A stretch of 64,000 bases of DNA from Eledone cirrhosa (lineage: Eukaryota). A model generated the notes under the pieces. It saw only the letters and a program-made list of their open reading frames with translations, was not told the DNA's origin and made no database searches. A program made the translations under genes and the position numbers. Each line of letters starts with the position of its first letter. The stretch's first letter is position 1. Positions 51,401 to 61,300 of the stretch are shown here, one piece after another. The DNA lies in assembly GCA_964016885.1 (NCBI GenBank), contig OZ024743.1, forward strand, positions 136,710,001-136,774,000, given 5' to 3'.

Positions 51401-54125
51401 GGTGCTTGGTGCTTGCTGCTTGGTCTTTGGTGCTTGGTGATTGATGCTTGGTGTTTGGTGCTTGGTGCTTGGTGTTTGGTTTTTGGTGCTAGGTGCTTGG
51501 TGCTTGGTGTTTGGTGCTTGGTGTTTGGTGTTTGGTGCTTGGTGCTTGGTGTTTGGTACTTGGTGCTTGGTGCTTGGTGTTTGGTGCTTGGTGCTTGGTG
51601 TTTGGTGTTTGGTGTTTGGTGCTTGGTGCTTGGTGTTTGGTGCTTCGTGCTGGGTGGTTGGTGTTTGGTGCTTGGTGCTTGGTGTTTTGTGCTAGGTGCA
51701 TGGTGCCTGGTGTTTGGTGCTTGGTGCTTGGTGCTTGGTCTTTGGTGTTTGGTGTTTAGTGCTTGGTGCTTGGTGCTTGGTGCTTGGTGCTTGGTGCTTG
51801 GTCCTTGGTGTTTGGTGCTTGGTGCTTGGTGTTTGGTGTTTGGTGCTTGGTGCATGGTGCTTCGTGTTTGGTGTTTGGTGCTTGGTGTCTGGAGCTTGGT
51901 GTTTGGTGTTTGGTGCTTGGTGTTTGGTGTTTGGTGCTTGGTGCTTGGTGTTTGGTGCTTGGTGCTTGGTGTTTGTACTTGGTGCTTGGTGCTTGGTGTT
52001 TGGTGCTTGGTTCTTGGTGTTTGGTGCTTGGTGTTTGGAGCTTGGTGCTTGGTGTTTGGTGCTTGGTGCTTGGTGTTTGTACTTGGTGCTTGGTGCTTGG
52101 TGTTTGGTGCTTGGTTCTTGGTGTTTGGTGCTTGGTGTTTGGAGCTTGGTGCTTGGTGTTTGGTGCTTGCTGCTTGGTGTTTGGTGTTTGGTGCTTGGTG
52201 CTTGGTGTTTGGTGTTTGGTGCTTGGTGTTTGGTGTTTGGTGCTTGGTGCTTGGTGTTTGTTGCTTGGTACTTGGTGCATGGTGTTTGGTGCTGGGTGCT
52301 TGGTGTTTTGTGCTTGGTTCTTGGTGTTTGGTGTTTGGTGCTTGGTACTTGGTGTCTGGAGCTTGGTGTTTGGTGTTTGGTGCTTGGTGTTTGGTGCTTG
52401 GTGCTTGGTGTTTGGTGTTTGGTGTTTGATGCTTGGTGTTTTATGCTTGGTGCTTGGTGTTTGGTGCTTGGTGTTTGTGTTTGGTGCTTGGTGCTTGGTG
52501 TTTTGTGCTTGGTTCTTGGTGTTTGGTGTTTGGTGCTTGGTACTTGGTGCTTGGTGTTAGGTGTTTGGTGCTTGGTGCTTGGTGTTTGGTGTTTGGTCCT
52601 TGGTGCTTGGTGCTTGGTGTTTAGTGCTTGGTGCTTGGTGTTTGTTGTTTGGTGCTTTCTGTTTGCTGCTTGGTGTTTGCTGCTTGGTGCTTGGTGCTTG
52701 GTGTTTGGTTTTTGGTGCTAGGTGCTTGGTGTTTGGTGTTTGGTGTTTGATGCTTGGTGTTTGGTGCTTGGTGTTTGGTGCTTGGTGCCTGGGGCTTGGT
52801 GTTTGGTGCTTGGTGCTTGGTGCTTGGTGTTTGGTGCTTGGTGCTTGGTGTTTGGTGTTTGGTGTTTGGTGCTTGGTGCTTGGGGTTTGGTGCTTGGTGC
52901 TTGGTGCTGGGTGGTTGGTATTTGGTGCTTGGTGCTTGGTGTTTGGTGCTTGGTGCTTGGTGCTTGGTGTTTGGTGCTTGGTGCTTGGTGCTTGGTCTTT
53001 GGTGCTTGGTGTTTGGTGTTTGGTGCTTGGTGCTTTGTGTTTGGTGCTTGGTGATTAGTGTTTGGTGCTTGGTACTTGGTGTTTGGTGCTTGGTGTTTGG
53101 TGTTTGCTGTTTGGTGTCTGCTTTTTGGTGTTTGGTGTTTGCTGTATGGTGTTTGCTGTTTCGTGTTTGGTGTTTGCTGTTTGGTGTTTGGTGTTTGCTG
53201 TTTGGTGTTTGGTCTTTGGTGCTTGGTGTTTGGTGCTTGGTGCTTGGTGTTTGGTGTTTGGTGCTTGGTGCTTGGTGCTTGGTGTTTGGTGCTTGGTGTC
53301 TGGTGCTTGGTGTCTGGTGCTTGGTGTTTGGTGTTTGGTGTTTGGTGCTTGGTGTTTGGTGTTTGGTGTTTGGTGTTTGGTGCTTGTTGCTGGGTGGTTG
53401 GTGTTTGGTGCTTGGTGTTTGGTGCTGGGTGCTTGGTGTTTGGTGCTTGGTGCTTGGTGTTTGGTGCTTGGTGTTTGGTGTTTGGTGCTTGGTGCTTGGT
53501 GTTTGGTGGTTGGTGCTTGGTGTTTGGTGCTTGGTGCTTAGTGTTTGGTGCTAGGTGCTTGGGGTTTGGTGTTTGGTGCTTGGTGTTTGGTGCTTGGTGC
53601 TTGGTGTTTGGTGTTTGGTGTTTATTGCTTGTTGCTTGGTGCTTGGTGCTTGGTGTTTGGTGCTTGGTGTTTGGTGCTGGGTGCTTGGTGTTTAGTGCTT
53701 GGCGCTTGGTGCTTGGTGTTTCGTGTTTGGTGCTTGGTGCTTGTTGTTTGGTGTTATATGCTTGGTGTTTGATGCTTGGTGCTTGGTGCTTGGTGTTTGG
53801 TGTTTGGTGCTTGGTGTTTGATGCTTGGTGTTTGATGCTTGGTGCTTGGTGCTTGGTGTTTGGTGCTTGGTGCTTGGTGTTTGTACTTGGTGCTTGGTGC
53901 TTGGTTCTTGGTGTTTGGTGCTTGGTGTTTGGTGCTTGGTGCTTTGTGTTTGGTGCTTCGTGTTTGGTGCTTCGTGTTTGGTGCTTGGTGCCTGGTGCTT
54001 GGTGCTTGGTGCTTGGTGTTTGGTGCTTGGTGTTTGGTGCTTGGTGTTAGGTGTTTGATGCTTGGTGCTTGGTGTTTGGTGCTTGGTGTTTTGTGCTTGG
54101 TGCTTGGTGTTTGGTGTTTGGTGCT
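47596..54125 (+). repeat. Near-identical tandem duplication, period 3349/3181 bp (junction about 50945)
   Basis: The offset is 3349 (48043/51392, 48347/51696, 48414/51763) and then 3181 (49252/52433, 49877/53058, 50364/53545, 50870/54051). The 168-bp (24-unit) difference maps to about 48920-49100 in copy 1. Confidence 0.92.
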
Positions 54126-55749
54126 TGGTGTTTGGTGCTTGCTACTTGGTGCTTGGTGCTTGGTGTTAGGTGTTTGGTGCTTGGTGCTTGGTGTTTGGTT
54201 TTTGGTGCTTGGTGCTTGGTGTTTGGTGCTTGCTGCTGGCTGCTTGGTGATTGGTGCTTGGTGTTTAGTGCTTGGTATTTGGTGTTTGGTGCTAGGTGCT
54301 TGGTGCTTGGTGTTTGGTGCTTGGTGCTTGGTGTTTGGTGTTTGGTGTTTGGTGCTTGGTGCTTGGTGTTTGGTGCTTGGTGCTTGGTGCTGGGTGGTTG
54401 GTGTTTGGTGCTTGGTGTTTGGTGCTGGGTGCTTGGTGTTTGGTGCTTGGTGCTTGGTGCTTGGTGCTTGGTGTTTGGTGTTTGGTGCTTGGTGCTTGGT
54501 GTTTGGTGCTTGGTGCTTGGTGTTTGGTGCTTGGTGCTTCGTGTTTGGTGCTAGGTGCTTGGGGTTTGGTGTTTGGTGCTTGGTGTTTGGTGTTTGGTGT
54601 TTGGTGCTTGGTGCTTGGTATTTGGTGTTTGCTGTTTGCTGTTTGGTGTTTGTTGTTTGGTGTTTGTTGTTTGGTGTTTGCTGTTTGGTGTTTGGTGTTT
54701 GGTGTTTGCTGTTTGGTGTCTGCTTTTTGGTGTTTGGTGTTTGCTGTATGTTGTTTGCTGTTTGGTGTTTGGTGTTTGGTGCTTGGTGTTTGGTGCTTGG
54801 TGCTTGGTGTTTGGTGCTTGGTGCTTGGTGTTTGGTGCCTGGTGCTTGGTGCTTGGTGTTTGGTGTTTGGTGCTTGGTGCTTGGAGTTTGGTGTTTGGTG
54901 CTTGTTGCTTGGTGTTTTGTGTTTGGTTTTTGGTGCTTGGTGCTTGGTGCTTGGTCCTTGGTGTTTGGTGCTGGGTGCTTTGTGTTTGGTGCTTGGTGCT
55001 TTGTGCTTGGTGTTTGGTGTTTGCTGCTTGGTGCTTGGTGCTTGGTGCTTGATGCTTGGTGTTTTGTGTTTGGTGCTTGGTGCTTGGTGTTTGGTGCTTG
55101 GTGCTTGGTGCTAGGTGTTTGTACTTGGTGCTTGGTGTTTGGTTCTTGGTTCTTGGTGTTTGGTACTTGGTGCTTGGTGCTTGGTGCTTGGTGTTTGGTG
55201 CTTGGTGTTTGGGGCTTGGTGCTTGGTGTTTGGTGCTTGGTGTTTGGTGTTTGGTGCTTGGTGCTTGGTGTTTGCTGTTTGCTGTTTGCTGTTTGGTGTT
55301 TGGTGTTTGCTGTTAGCTGTTTGGTGTCTGCTTTTTGGTGTTTGGTGTTTGCTGTATGGTGTTTGCTGTTTGGTGTTTGGTGTTTGCTGTTTGGTGTTTG
55401 GTCTTTGGTGCTTGGTGTTTGGTGCTTGGTGCTTGGTGTTTGGTGTTTGCTGCTTGGTGCTTGGTGTTTGGTGTTTGGTGCTTGGTGCTTGGTGTTTGGT
55501 GTTTGGTGCTTGGTGTCAGGTGCTTGGTGTTTGGTGTTTGCTGTATGTTGTTTGCTGTTTGGTGTTTGGTGTTTGGTATTTGGTGTTTGGTGCTTGGTGC
55601 TTGGTGTTTGGTGCTTGGTGCTTGGTGTTTGGTGCCTGGTGCTTGGTGCTTGTTGTTTGGTGTTTGGTGCTTGGTGCTTGGTGCTTGGAGTTTGGTGTTT
55701 GGTGCTTGTTGCTTGGTGTTTTGTGTTTGGTGTTTGGTTTTTGGTGCTT

Positions 55750-56340
55750 GGTGCTTGGTGCTTGGTCCTTGGTGTTTGGTGCTGCGTGCTTTGTGTTTGG
55801 TGCTTGGTGCTTTGTGCTTGGTGTTTGGTGTTTGCTGCTTGGTGTTTGGTGCTTGGTGCTTGGTCTTTGGTGTTTTATGTTTGGTGCTTGGTGCTTGGTG
55901 TTTGGTGCTTGGTGCTTGGTGCTTGGTGTTTGTACTTGGTGCTTGGTGCTTGGTGTTTGGTTCTTGGTTCTTGGTGTTTGGTACTTGGTGCTTGGTGCTT
56001 GGTGCTTGGTGTTTGGTGCTTGGTGTTTGGTGCTTGGTGCTTGGTGCTTGGTGCTTGGTCCTTGGTGTTTGGTGCTGCGTGCTTTGTGTTTGGTGCTTGG
56101 TGCTTTGTGCTTGGTGTTTGGTGTTTGCTGCTTGGTGTTTGGTGCTTGGTGCTTGGTGCTTGGTGTTTTGTGTTTGGTGCTTGGTGCTTGGTGTTTGGTG
56201 CTTGGTGCTTGGTGCTTGGTGTTTGTACTTGGTGCTTGGTGCTTGGTGTTTGGTTCTTGGTTCTTGGTGTTTGGTACTTGGTGCTTGGTGCTTGGTGCTT
56301 GGTGTTTGGTGCTTGGTGTTTGGTGCTTGGTGCTTGGTGT
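55750..56340 (+). repeat. 293-bp (42-unit) tandem duplication
   Basis: The rare TGCGTGC-TTTGTGT marker is at 55783 and 56076 (293 = 42x7-1). It is single-copy in the paralogous block at about 63262. Confidence 0.8.
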
Positions 56341-57469
56341 TTGGTGCTTGGTGTTTGGTGTTTGGTGCTTGGTGCTTGGTGTTTGGTGTTTGGTGTTTGG
56401 TGTTTGCTGTTTACAGTTTGGTGTTTGGTGTTTGCTGTTTGCTGTTTGGTGTCTGCTTTTTGGTGTTTGGAGTTTGGTGTTTCGTGCTTGTTGCTTGGTG
56501 TTTTGTGTTTGGTGTTTGGTTTTTGGTGCTTGGTGTTTGGTTCTTGGTTCTTGGTGTTTGGTACTTGGTGCTTGGTGCTTGGTGCTTGGTGTTTGGTGCT
56601 TGGTGCTTGGTGTTTGGTGTTTGGTGCTTGGTGCTTGGTGTTTGGTGTTTGGTGCTTGGTGCTTGGTGCTTGGTGTTTGTACTTGGTGCTTGGTGTTTGG
56701 TGTTTGGTGTTTGGTGCTTGGTGCTTGGTGCTTGGTGTTTGGTGCTTGGTGTTTGGCGTTTGGTGCTTGTTGCTTGGTGCTTGGTGCTTGGTGTTTGGTG
56801 CTTGGTGCTTGGTGTTTGGTGCTGGGTGCTGGGTGCTTGGTGTTTGGTGCTTGGTGCTTGGTGCTTGGTCTTTGGTGCTTGGTGTTTGGTGTTTGGTGCT
56901 TGGTGCTTGGTGCTTGGTGTTTGGTGCTTGGTGATTAGTGTTTGGTGCTTGGTGCTTGGGGTTTGGTGTTTGGTGCTTGGTGCTTGGTGTTTGGTGCTTG
57001 GTACTTGGTGTTTGGTGCTTGGTGTTTGATGTTTGCTGTTTGGTGTTTGGTGTTTGGTGTTTGCTTTTGATGTCTGCTTTTTTGTGTTTGGTGTTTGCTG
57101 TATGGTGTTTGCTGTTTCGTGTTTGGTGTTTGCTGTTTGCTGTTTGGTATTTGGTGTTTGCTGTTTGGTGTTTGGTCTTTGGTGCTTGGTGTTTGGTGCT
57201 TGGTGTTTGGTGTTTGGTGCTTGGTGCTTGGTGTTTGGTGTTTGGTGCTTGGTGCTTGGTGCTTGGTGTTTGGTGCTTGGTGCTTGGTGTTTGGTGCTGG
57301 GTGCTTGGTGTTTGGTTCTTGGTGCTTGGTGCTTGGTGTTTGGTGCTGGGTGCTTGGTGTTTGGTGTTCGGTGTTATATGCTTGGTGTTTGATGCTTGGT
57401 GCTTGGTGCTTGTTGTTTGGTGTTTGGTGCTTGGTGTTTGATGCTTGGTGTTTGATGCTTGGTGCTTGG

Positions 57470-57915
57470 TGCTTGGTGTTTGGTGCTTGGTGCTTGGTGT
57501 TTGTACTTGGTGCTTGGTGCTTGGTTCTTTGTGTTTGGTGCTTGGTGCTTGGTGCTTGGTGCTTTGTGTTTGGTGCTTGTTGTTTGGTGCTTGGTGTTTG
57601 GTGCTTGGTGCCTGGTGCTTGGTGCTTGGTGCTTGGTGTTTGGTGCTTGGTGTTTGGTGCTTGGTGTTAGGTGTTTGGTGCTTGGTGCTTGGTGCTTGGT
57701 GTTTGGTGCTTGGTGCTTGGTGTTTGTACTTGGTGCTTGGTGCTTGGTTCTTTGTGTTTGGTGCTTGGTGCTTGGTGCTTGGTGCTTTGTGTTTGGTGCT
57801 TGGTGTTTGGTGCTTGGTGTTTGGTGCTTGGTGCCTGGTGCTTGGTGCTTGGTGCTTGGTGTTTGGTGCTTGGTGTTTGGTGCTTGGTGTTAGGTGTTTG
57901 GTGCTTGGTGCTTGG
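57470..57915 (+). repeat. 223-bp (32-unit) tandem duplication
   Basis: TTGTAC is at 57501/57724, the private TTGGTTC-TTTGTGT variant occurs twice, and ORF starts 57671/57894 are 223 apart (32x7-1). Confidence 0.8.
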
Positions 57916-58054
57916 TGTTTGGTGTTTGGTGCTTGGTGTTTGGTGCTTGGTGCTTGGTGTTTGGTGTTTGGTGCTTGGTGTTTGGTGCTTGGTACTTGGT
58001 GCTTGGTGTCAGGTGTTTGGTGCTTGGTGCTTGGTGTTTGGTTTTTGGTGCTTG

Positions 58055-58310
58055 GTGCTTGGTGTTTGGTGTTTGGTGCTTGCTGCTGGCTGCTTGGTGC
58101 TTGGTGATTGGTGCTTGGTGTTTGGTGCTTGGTGTTTGGTGTTTGGTGATAGGTGCTTGGTGCTTGGTGTTTGGTGCTTGGTGTTTGGTGTTTGGTGCTT
58201 GCTGCTGGCTGCTTGGTGCTTGGTGATTGGTGCTTGGTGTTTGGTGCTTGGTGTTTGGTGTTTGGTGATAGGTGCTTGGTGCTTGGTGTTTGGTGCTTGG
58301 TGTTTGGTGT
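58055..58310 (+). repeat. 119-bp (17-unit) tandem duplication
   Basis: TTGCTGC-TGGCTGC ... TTGGTGA-TAGGTGC occurs twice, and ORF starts 58153/58272 are 119 apart. Confidence 0.85.
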
Positions 58311-61300
58311 TTGGTGTTTGGTGCTTGGTGCTTGGTGTTTGGTGCTTGGTGCTGGGTGGTTGGTGTTTGGTGCTTGGTGTTTGGTGCTGGGTGCTTGGTG
58401 TTTGGTGCTTGGTGCTTGGTCTTTGGTGCTTGGTGTTTGGTGTTTGGTGCTTGCTGCTTGGTGTTTGGTTCTTGGTGCTTGGTGTTTGGTGCTTGGTGCT
58501 TAGTGTTTGGTGCTAGGTGCTTGGGGTTTGGTGTTTGGTCCTTGGTGTTTGGTGCTTGGTGCTTGGTATTTGGTGTTTGCTGTTTACTGTTTGGTGTTTG
58601 TTGTTTGGTGTTTGTTGTTTGGTGTTTGTTGTTTGGCGTTTGTTGTTTGGTGTTTGCTGTTTGGTATTTGGTGTTTGTTGTTTGGTGTTTGCTGTTTGGT
58701 GTCTGCTTTTTGGTGTTTGGTGTTTGATGTATGTTGTTTGCTGTTTGGTGTTTGGTGTTTGGTATTTGGTGTTTGGTGCTTGGTGCTTGGTGTTTGGTGC
58801 TTGGTGCTTGGTGTTTTGTGCCTGGTGCTTGGTGCTTGGTGTTTGGTGTTTGGTGCTTGGTGCTTGGTGCTTGGAGTTTGGTGTTTGGTGCTTGTTGCTT
58901 GGTGTTTTGTGTTTGGTGTTTGGTTTTTGGTGCTTGGTGCTTGGTGCTTGGTCCTTGGTTTTTGGTGCTGGGTGCTTTGTGTTTGGTGCTTGGTGCTTCG
59001 TGCTTGGTGTTTGGTGTTTGGTGCTTGGTGTTTGGTGTTATATGCTTGGTGTTTGATGCTTGGTGCTTGGTGTTTGGTGTTTGATGCTTGGTGCTTGATG
59101 CTTGGTGTTTGGTGCTTGGTGCTTAGTGCTTGGTGTTTTGTGTTTGGTGCTTGGTGCTTGGTGTTTGTACTTGGTGCTTGGTGCTTGGTGTTTGGTTCTT
59201 GGTTCTTGGTGTTTGGTACTTGGTGCTTGCTGTTTGGTGCTTGGTGTTTGGTGCTTGGTGTTTGGTGCTTGGTGCTTGGTGTTTGGTGCTTGGTGTTTGG
59301 TGTTTGGTGCTTGGTGCTTGGTGTTTGGTGTTTGGTGTTTGGTGTTTGCTGTTTGCTGTTTGGTGTCTGCTTTTTGGTGTTTGGTGTTTGCTGTATGGTG
59401 TTTGCTGTTTCGTGTTTGGTGTTTGCTGTTTGGTGTTTGGTCTTTGGTGCTTGGTGTTTGGTGCTTGGTGCTTGGTGTTTGGTGTTTGGTGCTTGGTGCT
59501 TGGTGTTTGGTGTTTGGTGCTTGGTGCTTGGTGCTTGGTGTTTGGTGTTTGGTGCTTGGTGTCTGGTGCTTGGTGTTTAGTGCTTGGTGTTTGGTGTCTG
59601 GTGTTTGGTGCTTGATGCCTGGTGTTTGGTGTTTGGTGCTTGGTGTTTGGTGTTTGGTGTTTGGTTCTTGTTGCTTGGTGCTTGGTGTTTGGTGCTTGGG
59701 GCTTGGTGTTTGGTGCTGGGTGCTGGGTGCTTGGTGCTTGGTGCATGGTGCTTGGTGCTTGGTGTTTGGTGTTTGGTGCTTGGTGTTTGGTGTTATATGC
59801 TTGGTGTTTGATGCTTGGTGCTTGGTGTTTGGTGTTTGATGCTTGGTGCTCGATGCTTGGTGCTTGGTGCTTGGTGTTTGGTGCTTGGTGCTTGTTGTTT
59901 GTACTTGTTGCTTGGTGCTTGATGCTTGGTGATTGGTGTTTGGTGCTTGGTTCTTGGTGTTTGGTGCTTGGTATTTGGTGCTTGGTGCTTGGTGTTTGGT
60001 GCTTGGTGCTTGGTGTTTGGTGCTTGGTGCTTGGTGTTTGGTGTTTGATGCTTGGTGCTTGGTTCTTGGTGTTTGGTGCTTGGTGCTTGGTGCTTGGTGT
60101 TTGGTGCTTGGTGCTTGGTGTTTGGTGCTTGGTGTTTGGTGCTTGGTGTTTGGTGCTTGGTGCTTGGTGCTTGGTGCATGGTGCTTGGTGTTTGGTGCTT
60201 GGTGTTTGGTGCTTGGTGTTAGGTGTTTGGTGCTTGGTGCTTGGTGTTTCGTGTTTGGTGCTTGGTGTTTGGTGCTTGGTGCTTGGTGTTTGGTGTTTGG
60301 TGCTTGGTGTTTGTTGCTTGCTACGTGGTGCTTGGTGCTTGGTGTTAGGTGTTTGGTGCTTGGTGCGTGGTGTTTGGTTTTAGGTGCTTGGTGCTTGGTG
60401 TTTGGTGTTTGGTGCTTGCTGCTGGCTGCTTGGTGTTTGGTGCTTGGTGATTGGTGCTTGGTGTTTGGTGCTTGGTGTTTGGTGTTTGGTGCTAGGTGCT
60501 TGGTGCTTGGTGTTTGGTGCTTGGTGCTTGGTGTTTGGTGTTTGGTGCTTTGTGCTTGGTGTTTGGTGCTTGGTGCTGGGTGGTTGGTGTTTAGTGCTTG
60601 GTGTTTGGTGTTTGCTGTTTGGTGTTTGGTCTTTGGTGCTTGGTCTTTGGTGCTTGGTGTTTGGTGTTTGGTGCTTGGTGCTTGGTGCTTGGTGATTGGT
60701 GCTTGGTGATTAGTGTTTGGTACTTGGTGCTTGGGGTTTGGTGTTTGGTGCTTGGCGCTTGGTGTTTGGTGCTTGGTACTTGGTGTTTGGTGCTTGGTGT
60801 TTGCTGTTTGGTGTTTGGTGTTTGGTGTTTGGTGTTTGGTGTTTGGTGTTTGCTGTTTGGTGTCTGCTTTTTGGTGTTTGGTGTTTGCTCTATGGTGTTT
60901 GCTGTTTCGTGTTTGGTGTTTGCTGTTTGGTGTTTGGTGTTTGCTGTTTGGTGTTTGGTCTTTGGTGCTTGGTGTTTGGTGCTTGGTGCTTGGTGTTTGG
61001 TGTTTGGTGCTTGGTGTTTGGTGTTTGGTGCTTGGTGCTTGGTGTTTGGTGTTTGGTGCCTGGTGTTTGGTGTTTATTGCTTGTTGCTTGGTGCTTGTGC
61101 TTGGTGTTTGGTGCTTGGTGTTTGGTGCTGGGTGCTTGGTGTTTAGTGCTTGGCGCTTGGTGCTTGGTGTTTCGTGTTTGGTGCTTGGTGCTTGTTGTTT
61201 GGTGTTATATGCTTGGTGTTTGATGCTTGGTGCTTGGTGCTTGGTGTTTGGTGTTTGGTGCTTGGTGTTTGATGCTTGGTGTTTGATGCTTGGTGCTTGG

